A stretch of DNA of 64,000 nt from contig ONNS01000001.1 of NCBI GenBank assembly GCA_900319275.1, positions 19,448 through 83,447 on the forward strand, written 5' to 3'. The position numbers and the translations under genes are program-made. Under the pieces are notes generated by a model that was not told where the DNA came from, ran no database searches, and saw only the letters and a program-made list of their open reading frames with translations. The stretch comes from an uncultured Eubacteriales bacterium. Its GTDB lineage: Bacteria; Bacillota; Clostridia; Oscillospirales; Oscillospiraceae. Each line of letters opens with the position of its first letter. The stretch's first letter is position 1. This document shows, piece by piece, positions 46,423 through 55,124 of this stretch.

Positions 46423-47278
46423 GTTCTTCAGCCCACCTCTCTATGGTGTTATAGGTCTCTTTCATTTCCCGACCGTGCCGCGTGTCGGATTCCCGGCCAG
46501 TCCGGTTGTCATACTTGCCGTTCACAATGTTCAGGAAATTATTGGGGCGCACAAACCAGTCAAAGGTGATTTGAAAATCCTTGACCTTGCCCATCAGGAA
46601 ATCGCTGTTCCTGACGATCTCCACGGCCTCCAGCACAGAACTGATACCGTAATCCTTGATACGGGCGCGGAGCATCTTTCCGGTGGAAGTGGTCGCGTCG
46701 GGGATCTTCCGAAGCCTCTGAATGCCCAAACTCTGCCATGCATCAAAGACTTGTCGCACGTCCTGCGGGCGACAAACATTTTCGTCAGAAAATGTCTCGT
46801 CTTCTTTCTCTTGCTCTTTCTCTGGTTCTTTCTCTATCTCTGGATCTATCTCTATATCTTGGGGACAATCGGGGGACAGTCGGGGGACATTGTCCCCCGC
46901 GCCCTCGATTTTGCGCTGCTCACGCTTTCTTCTGGCAGCATAGGTTTCGCTATCCAATAGCTTTGCGACCTCGGTCATGAATAAAGTTTTATCGTCAAAG
47001 ACTTCCACCATGCCCAGTTCCGTCAAAACCTTTAGAGCAGAGCGAACGACATCAACATTTGTATGCGTCACGCTGGCGAGCATCGTTTCCGAATATGGGA
47101 TAGTGTCTGAAAAGCGAAGCGCCCCTTCGTGATCCACGCTTTCAAGCATGAGTTTGAGATAAAAGAGCACATAGTCCTTGCCGTTTGGCATATCCTCAAT
47201 GACCGTGATATCATGCCGTTTGAAGAAATCCTTGTGGAGTTTCAGCCAGTAGTACCGCTCTGTATCTCGTGCTGCCAT
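46397..47278 (-). CDS. phage replisome organizer (N-terminal organizer domain plus DnaD/DnaB_2-like C-terminal domain)
   Basis: 293 aa; YYWLKLHKDFFKRHDITVIEDMPNGKDYVLFYLKLMLES...; C-terminal ITFDWFVRPNNFLNIVNGKYDN. Confidence 0.82.
   Translation of the reverse strand: MAARDTERYYWLKLHKDFFKRHDITVIEDMPNGKDYVLFYLKLMLESVDHEGALRFSDTIPYSETMLASVTHTNVDVVRSALKVLTELGMVEVFDDKTLFMTEVAKLLDSETYAARRKREQRKIEGAGDNVPRLSPDCPQDIEIDPEIEKEPEKEQEKEDETFSDENVCRPQDVRQVFDAWQSLGIQRLRKIPDATTSTGKMLRARIKDYGISSVLEAVEIVRNSDFLMGKVKDFQITFDWFVRPNNFLNIVNGKYDNRTGRESDTRHGREMKETYNTIERWAEERANDSEGI
46861..46898. repeat. iteron-like GGGGACA repeats ending in a palindrome (candidate origin of replication)
   Basis: ggggacaatc / gggggacagtc / gggggacat tandem; gggggaca-t-tgtccccc palindrome 46882-46898; inside the interdomain linker of the organizer gene. 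Confidence 0.5.
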
Positions 47279-47291
47279 AGGCTACCTCCGA

Positions 47292-47759
47292 TCAGAACGG
47301 CAGCTCGCCGTCGTCATCGTCCAGCTCCTGGAACTGCTGCGGAGGGGTGACGTCTACGCCGCGATCGGGAGCACGGGAGGACCGTTGATAACCGCCTGGC
47401 TGCTGCGTCTGCCGCTGGTAGCTGCTGTTTTCACTGTCCCGCTTGGATTCCCCAAAATAGCAGCTGTCGGCGAGGATCTCCCACGAGGTACGCTTGTTGT
47501 TGTCTTTATCTGTCCACCTGCGGGATTGGAGCCGGCCAGAGGCGACGACCATTCCGCCTTTGCGGAAATACTTGGACACGAATTCCGCGGTGCTGCGCCA
47601 TGCTACACAGTCGATGAAGTCCGTCTCCCGGTCACCGCCGCCTGCGGCGTAATCACGCTCGCAGGCCACGGTGAAGGAAGCAACGGGAATCTGAGACTGC
47701 GTATAGCGCAGTTCGGGATCACGGGTCAGGCGGCCCATGATTGTGATGTGGTTAAGCAT
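47292..47759 (-). CDS. ssb: single-stranded DNA-binding protein
   Basis: 155 aa; ITIMGRLTRDPELRYT OB-fold start, Gly/Gln-rich linker, C-terminal DDDDGELPF. Confidence 0.92.
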   Translation of the reverse strand: MLNHITIMGRLTRDPELRYTQSQIPVASFTVACERDYAAGGGDRETDFIDCVAWRSTAEFVSKYFRKGGMVVASGRLQSRRWTDKDNNKRTSWEILADSCYFGESKRDSENSSYQRQTQQPGGYQRSSRAPDRGVDVTPPQQFQELDDDDGELPF

Positions 47760-48093
47760 CTGTGTGTTCCTCCGGCTCCGAGGAAGCGGCCTTATTGAGT
47801 GCCTCTTTCAGCCGCTCGACATCCGCCGTGAGCTCTCCAACCGTCTCATCGCGGGCTTCTACCAGCTCGCTGTAGTGTTCCTCGGCGATCGTCAGAGCCT
47901 TGCTGTACTCGTCCAGACTGCGGGCACCCTTGACGATATCGGCACAGCCGTAACCGCTCTTATCGGCGACGGAGAGGATCATATCGATCTGCACTTTCGC
48001 AGCGAGCAGCTTGTTGTATTCGCTGCGGGGGATGGTGACAGTATCAGTGGCGTGGATAACGATTCCGCTCTTGGTAACAATGGTCTTGCTCAT
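47752..48093 (-). CDS. hypothetical protein
   Basis: 113 aa from ATG 48093 (ATGA overlap with the upstream stop). Confidence 0.5.
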   Translation of the reverse strand: MSKTIVTKSGIVIHATDTVTIPRSEYNKLLAAKVQIDMILSVADKSGYGCADIVKGARSLDEYSKALTIAEEHYSELVEARDETVGELTADVERLKEALNKAASSEPEEHTDA

Positions 48094-48623
48094 TTTTTGT
48101 CTCCTTTCAGACTTTCCCACCAACCGGCCCGGTCGGGCGTGTCGGTGTCGATGTTTAATTCCTGGGCAACCTGTACCGCGCCATCGATCAGATGGGAAAA
48201 CTCCTTGGTGTCCATGAGGCGCGTCTGCTTGTATACGAGGTAGCACTTGAAGAGCTTTCCGTTCTCCTCAACCTCTTTGTACATGCGGGTATAGGGGTAG
48301 ATCGTGCTCACATCGACAGAGGCCGGGAGCTTGAACCCAACGATCATCCCATCATCGTCGCGGGCATAGGTGCCATACTGTGTGACCAGATCGATTTTGA
48401 CCTGATCATCGGAGATCCCGCGCGCAGCGGCGATTTCATTGACCAGCAGGTGGAAATACTTGTTGGCGTCGTTGCTGCGCTTGGCTCTCCACTTTTTGAT
48501 GGTGATCTCCAGCACCGCCTCCTTGAGGGCTTCGTAGCCCTCGCGGAAGTCGGTGTCGAGCTCCAGCGTGACACGCTGTTTCCCGCCGAAGCTCATGGAG
48601 AAGTCGATGATCCGGCCCTTCAT
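48090..48623 (-). CDS. hypothetical recombination-module protein
   Basis: 177-aa ORF between the nuclease and SSB genes. Confidence 0.55.
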   Translation of the reverse strand: MKGRIIDFSMSFGGKQRVTLELDTDFREGYEALKEAVLEITIKKWRAKRSNDANKYFHLLVNEIAAARGISDDQVKIDLVTQYGTYARDDDGMIVGFKLPASVDVSTIYPYTRMYKEVEENGKLFKCYLVYKQTRLMDTKEFSHLIDGAVQVAQELNIDTDTPDRAGWWESLKGDKK

Positions 48624-49252
48624 GACCGGGCCTGCCAGTGTTCCAGGTATGTGTCCATCAGGTTGTTGGCCTTGAGGAACTGAACGAACTGGAGGATCAG
48701 ATCAGCGGCAGAGAGGCAATCTTCCGGTTCATACTGCTCCATGTAGAGGTCCTGACCGTCAGAAACCATGTACCGGAACTGTCTGGCCTCCGGGACGAGG
48801 TAGAAGTAAAGCGGGTGCTGGGGGCTGTTGAGATAGTCTCCGGCGAGATCCAGCGACCCGAAGCTCTTATTCTTGAACTTCACGTCGTAGATCGTGCCCT
48901 CTCGCAGTGCGTCCAGAATGCCGTAGACCAGGAAGGTGATACCGTCGACTTCAATTTCACGCGATGCTGTGACCTGGAACTGAGCGCCTTTGAGAAAATC
49001 GGCGATCTCGCAGATGCCGCGCTCCCATTTGGGGTGCGGTGCGCGAAGCTGACCGGAGGCCTCCTTATAGACCTCGTTCTCGAAGTCATGGCCGTTCTGA
49101 ATCCTTTGCCGCTGTTCAGCGTCCAGATCTTCCGGCTCACGGCGCAGTGCATGCAAGAAAGAAGCCATGGCTTCGTCTTCCTTTTCCTCACGGCACTCAT
49201 AGATATACAGCCACGAGGAGAGCAGAGACTGCGTAATCAGGTATCTGGCCAT
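48620..49252 (-). CDS. PD-(D/E)xK nuclease family protein (Cas4/RecB-like exonuclease)
   Basis: 210 aa; VYGILDALREGTIYDVKFK (D...D-x-K). Confidence 0.65.
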   Translation of the reverse strand: MARYLITQSLLSSWLYIYECREEKEDEAMASFLHALRREPEDLDAEQRQRIQNGHDFENEVYKEASGQLRAPHPKWERGICEIADFLKGAQFQVTASREIEVDGITFLVYGILDALREGTIYDVKFKNKSFGSLDLAGDYLNSPQHPLYFYLVPEARQFRYMVSDGQDLYMEQYEPEDCLSAADLILQFVQFLKANNLMDTYLEHWQARS

Positions 49253-49255
49253 GCT

Positions 49256-50209
49256 TTATGCCTCCTTTTCCTCCTTGCGGATAAAGCCGCCGGCGCTCTT
49301 ACTGTAGGTCAGGCCGATACTCTTGGCGCGTTCATTGAGCATGGCCGAGGCCTCCTTTTTGCTTGTGAGAGCGTGGGCAAGGTTGGGAATGTCGTTCAGT
49401 GCGCGGTTGGCCGTTTCAACGTCCTTAACGGTATCGAGAATCTGGTGTACCGCTCCCATCACCCGGTCATACTGCTCTTTCAGTGGGGCGTATTCCTCCG
49501 CCTCAGCGGCGATGTTTGCCTTTGCCTTGTCGAACAGTCTGGTGATGAAGTCGTTGGTGTCGGTGGGGCCGAGCTCCGGGACCGTATAGTGTCCCTTGAT
49601 ACCATGGCAGCCCTTGGCAAAGTATTCCTGCTCCGGGGTAAAGCCAATATCGCGCCGGTCACCGATCATCTGGACATAGCCGCCGAAATCGCAGGGCGTC
49701 CAGACAATATTCTTGGCCGCTCCCTCACACATGAGGCGGACTTGGGGATTCCCGTCTTTGTCCGTCTGTTCCAGACTGTGGAACACATAAATCAGATTCT
49801 TGTTGAGTGTGTCCTTGACATAGCTGGTAAAGCGGCTGAACTCCATCTTCACCGCGCCGAAGCCCTTGAGAGAGATCGCGCCGTTCTTCTGGCAGTTGGC
49901 CTTGGGATCGGCCCTCATCGCCCAGTCCTGCAGATAGGTGATGAAACTGCCGCCGGTATCGACCACAATAGTCTGGAACTGCTTCATATCCGGAGAGCCC
50001 AGGTCTGTCAGGACATCCTCATAGGTGTCGCAGAAGATGGCCGCTTTGCGGTGCTGAGAGCGGACGCGGCTCATGCCGCGGTCAAAGTCGATCAGGACAG
50101 GATCGGGAGCGGAGAGCGCAAGGGTGGTTTTTCCGACGCCGGGGGAACCGTAGAGGATCATGCTGAACTTCTTTCCGTCGAAGCTCATGTTTTCGGGGTT
50201 GACAATCAT
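49256..50209 (-). CDS. Sak4-like RecA-fold AAA ATPase (phage recombination protein)
   Basis: 317 aa; Walker A ILYGSPGVGKTT, Walker B TIVVD; next to nuclease and SSB. Confidence 0.75.
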   Translation of the reverse strand: MIVNPENMSFDGKKFSMILYGSPGVGKTTLALSAPDPVLIDFDRGMSRVRSQHRKAAIFCDTYEDVLTDLGSPDMKQFQTIVVDTGGSFITYLQDWAMRADPKANCQKNGAISLKGFGAVKMEFSRFTSYVKDTLNKNLIYVFHSLEQTDKDGNPQVRLMCEGAAKNIVWTPCDFGGYVQMIGDRRDIGFTPEQEYFAKGCHGIKGHYTVPELGPTDTNDFITRLFDKAKANIAAEAEEYAPLKEQYDRVMGAVHQILDTVKDVETANRALNDIPNLAHALTSKKEASAMLNERAKSIGLTYSKSAGGFIRKEEKEA

Positions 50210-50256
50210 AATGGGGTGCTCCTTTCAATTTGTGCTCGATATGAGCGTATTTATGG

Positions 50257-50622
50257 TCAGCGGCTTTCGCCGGGTACCATGCAGAATGCTTTGAGTGAGG
50301 CGGTAAGCTCCTCAACTTCCTGGTCGTCCAGACCAACAATGTCGGGGCCGTCGTCTGTCCAGCCAGTTTTCATGATGACGAGATTTCCAACGATGGGGGC
50401 ACCGTGAATATGGGTGCCGTAGAGCAGGGAACCGATGGTGTTCATCGGTAGTTCCAGGATCAGTCCCTCCTCGTTGACGATCATCACCAGAGGCTCGGCA
50501 AGGCCGATCGGATGCACAATCTCGATATAGCCGCCCACGACGTCGCCGACTGTCCGATGCATCGGGGCCTCAAAGTCTTTGACCTCGATCTGGTTGTCAG
50601 ACGTGACAACAATTCCTTTCAT
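50257..50622 (-). CDS. DUF3846-like protein
   Basis: GGAAAGGAGAA RBS then ATG 50622; 121 aa; family from memory. Confidence 0.45.
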   Translation of the reverse strand: MKGIVVTSDNQIEVKDFEAPMHRTVGDVVGGYIEIVHPIGLAEPLVMIVNEEGLILELPMNTIGSLLYGTHIHGAPIVGNLVIMKTGWTDDGPDIVGLDDQEVEELTASLKAFCMVPGESR

Positions 50623-50837
50623 TCGTTCTCCTTTCCGGGAAAGCACTCCGGCGTTTCCCATGCGTCTTTCCGGCAGAGGCATTCGTCACAGCCGACGATC
50701 TCTCCGGATGCATCACAGTAGACTGTTTCACACTCTTGCCCGCACACCGGACAAATAGGCGTGGCCTGCTTCTCCCATGGCGGGAATCCGGTACGCTCGA
50801 TGCAGGCAACGATCGGATCATCGGGGATCAGTCCCAT
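50619..50837 (-). CDS. small zinc-ribbon protein
   Basis: 72 aa; CPVCG...CDEC; ATGA coupling to the next gene. Confidence 0.5.
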   Translation of the reverse strand: MGLIPDDPIVACIERTGFPPWEKQATPICPVCGQECETVYCDASGEIVGCDECLCRKDAWETPECFPGKENE

Positions 50838-51328
50838 GTGTGCCTCCTGTTCTCTACAACGAACCATTTGATCAGCGATTCGAGCCAGTCCTGTACGGTA
50901 TTGAATCCTTTCCTGCGAATGATAGGCAGGAGATCCTGATAAACATTCTCGTCGAGCCTGCAGCGGATGCTCCGCTTTCGGCGGTGACGGTCTCTGCTTC
51001 TACGCTTTTTCCACGCTTCGGGCGCGTATTTCATATAGAGACGCTCCAAAGCGTTGGGCCTTATCTCAATGCCATACAGCTCAGGCGCTTCGCATTTGCT
51101 CAGCAGATACCGATCAAAGCGGGGATACAGCCCCTGTACCGTCTCGGCCATATCCCGTGCGGCAAGGGCATGAGAAACGCGGAGGTTCGTGATCTCATTA
51201 CCCGAAGAACCTCCGCTTGACAAATCCGTCGTATTCTGGTATTTTGATTCTCGGGTAATCATGTTTGGGTGATCTCCGCCGCCGTCCTCGGTCTTGCACA
51301 CCGAGGGCGGCTCTTTTTTTACGTCCAT
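50828..51328 (-). CDS. hypothetical protein
   Basis: AAGGAGGACAC RBS then ATG 51328; 166 aa. Confidence 0.55.
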   Translation of the reverse strand: MDVKKEPPSVCKTEDGGGDHPNMITRESKYQNTTDLSSGGSSGNEITNLRVSHALAARDMAETVQGLYPRFDRYLLSKCEAPELYGIEIRPNALERLYMKYAPEAWKKRRSRDRHRRKRSIRCRLDENVYQDLLPIIRRKGFNTVQDWLESLIKWFVVENRRHTWD

Positions 51329-51339
51329 GTGTCCTCCTT

Positions 51340-51657
51340 TCACGCGCCGCTTGCACCGGCGCGATAGCCGGTTTCAAACCGGCATTTTTCTTTTGCCCCA
51401 CACAGGGCTGCCCTGCACTGACCATCCAGACCGAGAGCGTCGGAGATCCTGCAAAGCTCAGGCATCCGGAAATCTGACTCGCAGCGCATGCGGCGGTTGA
51501 GAGCTTGGACATCCATACAGGACTTCTTTGCCAGCGTCTGGCGGTCGAAACCGCGAGACTCAGCTGCCGTGCTGATGATCCTGACTACGCGTTGCCGCTG
51601 TGTTAGCTCCGCTTCGGCCTTGCGTGCGGCCTCAGTCAGAGGGCGTACTTTAGGCAT
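51340..51657 (-). CDS. hypothetical HTH-like early protein
   Basis: 105-aa ORF; GGAAGGAGGAGC RBS. Confidence 0.5.
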   Translation of the reverse strand: MPKVRPLTEAARKAEAELTQRQRVVRIISTAAESRGFDRQTLAKKSCMDVQALNRRMRCESDFRMPELCRISDALGLDGQCRAALCGAKEKCRFETGYRAGASGA

Positions 51658-51795
51658 TTATGCTCCTCCTTCCTCTTCGGACTCGATGCCCCTGGCAAGG
51701 GCTTCCTTTTTGCACAGCCCATTTTCGAGCAATTTCTGAACCAGCATCTCGATCGAGAAGCCGGTCAGGATTGCGGTGATCTGTACTAACACCAT
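51658..51795 (-). CDS. possible 45-aa early protein (below the ORF-track cutoff)
   Basis: AAGGAG RBS 10 nt before ATG 51795; TAA abuts the next ATG; MVLVQITAILTGFSIEMLVQKLLENGLCKKEALARGIESEEEGGA. Confidence 0.4.
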   Translation of the reverse strand: MVLVQITAILTGFSIEMLVQKLLENGLCKKEALARGIESEEEGGA

Positions 51796-51809
51796 TGATT
51801 GAATTCTCC

Positions 51810-52079
51810 TTATTCAGAGATCGGAAGTTTAGTTTCTTGAACTTTTACTGTAAAAAAATAATCAGGGATGTCCATAGGGGTCAGTCCGAGTAGCTCTATT
51901 GATCTGCTGATTTCGTTTGGCTTGAAATACCTTTCTCCGTTGAGCTTTAATGACAATGAGCGCTCAGAAGTTCCAAGAGCCCGCGCAAAAGCCTCCTGCT
52001 TTCCAAACTTATCCCCAATTCGCCCTGTCAAGCGGCTTAGATCATAAACAAGCCGCGGTGTAGATGTCCGCTTCATCAT
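51810..52079 (-). CDS. Cro-like HTH regulator, first gene of the early operon
   Basis: GGAAGGAGGTGA RBS then ATG 52079; 89 aa; QEAFARALGTSERSLSLKLNG HTH. Confidence 0.75.
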   Translation of the reverse strand: MMKRTSTPRLVYDLSRLTGRIGDKFGKQEAFARALGTSERSLSLKLNGERYFKPNEISRSIELLGLTPMDIPDYFFTVKVQETKLPISE

Positions 52080-52120
52080 TTCACCTCCTTCCAGCAAATC
52101 ATTTCAAAAAGTTCTGTTTC

Positions 52121-52225
52121 TTGAACTTCTGTACAAATAGTAACACAAGCACTTACCAATTGCAACACCAAATTTGAACTTTTGTTTTACTTTCTCTTGA
52201 ACTTTTGTTCAAATGATGATATGAT
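52121..52225. promoter_or_regulatory. lysis-lysogeny switch: divergent promoters with TTGAAC-N4-GTTCAA-type operators
   Basis: Operators 52121-52136, 52174-52189, 52197-52212 (perfect ttgaac-tttt-gttcaa), fourth copy 51837-51852; minus promoter TTGCAA(52160-65)-17-TACTAT(52137-42); plus promoter TTGAAC(52197-202)-17-TATGAT(52220-25). Confidence 0.65.
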
Positions 52226-52251
52226 AACTGTGCTTGAAGGGGGGTGTCTTG

Positions 52252-52629
52252 ATGAAGCCATACACAACATCGCAAAGACTTCGACAAATCATGGATGAAC
52301 GAGGATTGAAGCAGGTCGATATTTTACGGCTCGCAAAACCATATTGTGAAATGTACAATGTAAAGCTTAGCAAAGGAGCATTGAATCAGTATCTATCCGG
52401 CGTGGTTAAAGAACCCCGAAATGACAAGTTATCAGTTTTGGCTTTTGCGCTTGGTGTCAGCGAAGCTTGGCTTATGGGATTTGATGTCCCTTTAGAAAGA
52501 ACAACGCCCATCCCCGGAACAAGCGAAGATGGGCGAAGATCGAGATTATTAAACCTCTATGATAGGCTAACCGATTCAGAGCAGGACGAAATTATCTCTT
52601 TGATAGAATGGAAACTATCAAAGAAATGA
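52252..52629 (+). CDS. CI-like XRE-family repressor
   Basis: 125 aa from ATG 52252; SQRLRQIMDERGLKQVDILRLAK HTH; divergent from the cro-like gene, same strand as the integrase. Confidence 0.8.
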   Translation: MKPYTTSQRLRQIMDERGLKQVDILRLAKPYCEMYNVKLSKGALNQYLSGVVKEPRNDKLSVLAFALGVSEAWLMGFDVPLERTTPIPGTSEDGRRSRLLNLYDRLTDSEQDEIISLIEWKLSKK

Positions 52630-52840
52630 TATACTCCTGCTCCTGTTCAGACAAGTGCGTAAAAAGTTCCATTGCAAGACGGCATTTAAGCGTATCGTTC
52701 ATTATTACAGCTCCTTTAATAAGTTGCTGCCGACAGTGACAACAGTATAGCATAGATTACAAATTTGTGACAGACTCGGAAGATTATTACGGATTAAAAT
52801 CCCCAGCCTATAGGCAAGGGACAAAGGAGGTGAAAAACAA

Positions 52841-53008
52841 ATGAGTAGGATTACAAACAATACTATTGTTGAAATGGTCAAAGAGATAACCGTGGCTGCG
52901 CTTTCTTCGACTACGAGAACAGCAAATGAAGCAAATGGCAAAGATGTTGCTGCTTTTATGCAAGCCATCTATGATAAACTGAACGAATTTGCTTCTAAGG
53001 ATCAGTGA
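52841..53008 (+). CDS. 55-aa hypothetical protein (below the ORF-track cutoff)
   Basis: AAAGGAGGTGA RBS 8 nt before ATG 52841; followed by an 11-bp inverted repeat hairpin 53038..53078. Confidence 0.55.
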   Translation: MSRITNNTIVEMVKEITVAALSSTTRTANEANGKDVAAFMQAIYDKLNEFASKDQ

Positions 53009-53288
53009 ATACCCCATAGTTTTGTGATGACCTGGCCCATCGCCGGAATTTTCGCGAGTTATCCGACTTCCGGCGATGACTTTGCGATTGTGCGCTCTAT
53101 ATAGGACAGAAGCGCCTATTCAAGTCTGCCCTGGGGGTCTTTCTTTTGCTTTCCACTATTTTTGCCTCCTACCTCTCGGATTTCAATGTGGTTTTGATTT
53201 CTTGAATTTCTTTTTGGATGAAAAAAGAATAGCATTTTTGTATTTTTTTCAAGATACAACAATATAAGAGTGCATAAAGGAGAATAAT

Positions 53289-53837
53289 ATGAAACGGACG
53301 ATTGCGTTTGTAATAACGTTTGTTCTGGTTTTTTCACTCTGCGCATGTGGCTCGTCCACAAGCTCAAATCCTTCAGCAACAGCGATGCCTACCGCAGAAC
53401 CTACACCAGAACCAACGCCTGAGCCTACTGCAGAGCCGACACCTGAACCTACGCCGGAGCCGATCAGGGATAAGGAATGGCTTCGTAATATTACAGTTGA
53501 TGATCTCAAGACAAATACCGGCGAGATCTTGGAAGTCATCTATAATGGGACAGATCTGGTCGTAAAGCAGAAGATAAACGCTCAACTCACCAACAAGATG
53601 ACGATCGATCAGAATTATTACAATGCCTGTGAGATTATTCGCTCTTTGGGCGGCGCAGAGATTCACGACCTCCAATATTGGGCTGTTGCAGATATGAGGG
53701 ATGGCTCGGAGGGCAAGGTGATCAGTTTCACTGTTCCGGCGGCCACCGTAAAGATCATTCAGACTCAAGAGTTTCCAGACAATACCCTTGGTAATTATGT
53801 AACGGACCTGTGGATCCTTCCGTCTCTGAAAGGATAG
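53289..53837 (+). CDS. prophage-encoded lipoprotein with Pro/Thr/Glu repeat linker
   Basis: Signal peptide plus lipobox (VFSLCAC), then PTAEPTPEPTPEPTAEPTPEPTPEP; sits in the lysogeny module. Confidence 0.75.
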   Translation: MKRTIAFVITFVLVFSLCACGSSTSSNPSATAMPTAEPTPEPTPEPTAEPTPEPTPEPIRDKEWLRNITVDDLKTNTGEILEVIYNGTDLVVKQKINAQLTNKMTIDQNYYNACEIIRSLGGAEIHDLQYWAVADMRDGSEGKVISFTVPAATVKIIQTQEFPDNTLGNYVTDLWILPSLKG

Positions 53838-53885
53838 AAGTGGAAGGAAAGCCGCGACCATCCAGTACAAGAAGAGAGTGAAAAC

Positions 53886-54059
53886 GTGCTTCCGTTTGAT
53901 CTATCCAAGTATTCAGATACGGCTCGACATGACCTATGTATGTCTTTTTACCGGGAGTTGGAACGCCTGATGGCCATTCCAGAGGAACGGGAGATTATTG
54001 AGCTAATGACCGCCGAGCGGTTGGCTCGGCAAAAGGAGCAGTCTCGTGAAAGTACCTGA
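53886..54059 (+). CDS. possible 57-aa protein overlapping the integrase start (excisionase role not supported)
   Basis: GTG start, weak RBS; open frame to TGA 54057-54059; no HTH recognised. Confidence 0.25.
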   Translation: MLPFDLSKYSDTARHDLCMSFYRELERLMAIPEEREIIELMTAERLARQKEQSREST

Positions 54060-55065
54060 GCCACGGAAAATGACATCTGGGAACTGGTTTATTCAGCTCC
54101 GCCTCGGCGGCCAAAGCATTCCTGTCACGGCTGCGACGAAAAAGGAGTGCATCCGGCAGGCTGAGCTTATCAAGGCAGAACACCGAACGGGGAAGCGGAC
54201 GGAGATCAAGAAAGAATCGGAGCTCACGCTGGGAGAGGCGCTGGATCGATATATCAATACATATTCCAAAACGCTTTCCCCATCCACGATCCGCGGGTAC
54301 AAGATGTATCGGAAGGCTCGTTTCCTCGCATACCAGGACAAGCGACTGGACACCATCAACTGGCAACGTATGATCGACGACGAGCTGGCGTCCAAGAGCG
54401 AGAAGACGGTCAAAAACGGATGGGGCCTTGTCCATGCAGCTCTGGACCACATAGGCTATCCGATCCCGAAGATAAAGCTTGCCAAAGCGCCGGTCAACGA
54501 GATCGCTTTTCTGCAGCCGGAGGAGATTAAGCCATTCTGCGCTGCTGTCAAAGGCCGGAGCTATGAGATCGCGGCCTTGTTAGAGCTTCACGGCTTGCGT
54601 CTATCTGAAGTACGCGGCCTGAAATGGGAGAACATCGACACGGAGAGGGAGATAATCACCATCCGGGGCGCAATGGTGCGGGGCATGGACGGACAGACGC
54701 TGAAGAAGACGAATAAAAACGAGGCGTCTTCCCGTGATGTGCCAATCCTTATTCCGCAGCTCAAGGAAGCTCTGGAAGCAGTCGAGGACAAAATCGGCTT
54801 TGTAGTGAAGATATACCCGAACACTCTTCTGGACGATGTAAAACGGGCGTGCAAGCGTGCCAGGGTAACAGAGGTAACAAACCACGGCCTGCGCCATTCG
54901 TTTGCGAGTCTCTGCTACTTTCTCGGTATCCCCGAGCGCCAGACCATGAAATGGGGCGGGTGGAGCGACTACACGACCATGCACAAGATATATATCCGTC
55001 TTGCAGCAGTGGCAGAGACCGAGGCAAAGCAAAAGATGGTTTCTTTTTTTGAAAGTGCTAACTAA
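54046..55065 (+). CDS. int: tyrosine-type site-specific integrase
   Basis: 339 aa; AAGGAG RBS 7 nt before GTG 54046; HGLRLSE, HGLRHSFAS and TMHKIYIRL catalytic-region motifs; about 60 bp from attR. Confidence 0.9.
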   Translation: MKVPEPRKMTSGNWFIQLRLGGQSIPVTAATKKECIRQAELIKAEHRTGKRTEIKKESELTLGEALDRYINTYSKTLSPSTIRGYKMYRKARFLAYQDKRLDTINWQRMIDDELASKSEKTVKNGWGLVHAALDHIGYPIPKIKLAKAPVNEIAFLQPEEIKPFCAAVKGRSYEIAALLELHGLRLSEVRGLKWENIDTEREIITIRGAMVRGMDGQTLKKTNKNEASSRDVPILIPQLKEALEAVEDKIGFVVKIYPNTLLDDVKRACKRARVTEVTNHGLRHSFASLCYFLGIPERQTMKWGGWSDYTTMHKIYIRLAAVAETEAKQKMVSFFESAN

Positions 55066-55075
55066 AATGCTAACT
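55056..55075 (+). repeat. pair of TGCTAACT direct repeats (candidate integrase arm-type sites, P arm)
   Basis: tgctaact at 55056-55063 and 55068-55075; same 12-bp phasing and orientation as 4128..4147. Confidence 0.5.
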
Positions 55076-55124
55076 GATTTTGATTTTGAATTGATATTAC
55101 TTTGCTTTTTGGACTTTTTATGAC

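Noticed and set aside
46801-46860. A CT-rich reiterated tract considered as an independent regulatory repeat.
   Set aside because: It is the antisense of the GAG/AAG codons for the EKE-rich linker of the replisome organizer. Only the adjacent GGGGACA iterons and palindrome look like a DNA-level signal.
52705-52968. An 87-aa minus-strand ORF (and 52808..53017) in the repressor-lipoprotein gap.
   Set aside because: No RBS is present and the translation is hydrophobic and low-complexity. The plus strand carries a 55-aa frame with a near-perfect RBS at ideal spacing.
53390-53465. A short-period tandem DNA repeat that could be mistaken for a CRISPR-like or VNTR array.
   Set aside because: It lies in frame inside the lipoprotein gene and encodes the PT/PE linker. 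There are no unique spacers between repeats.
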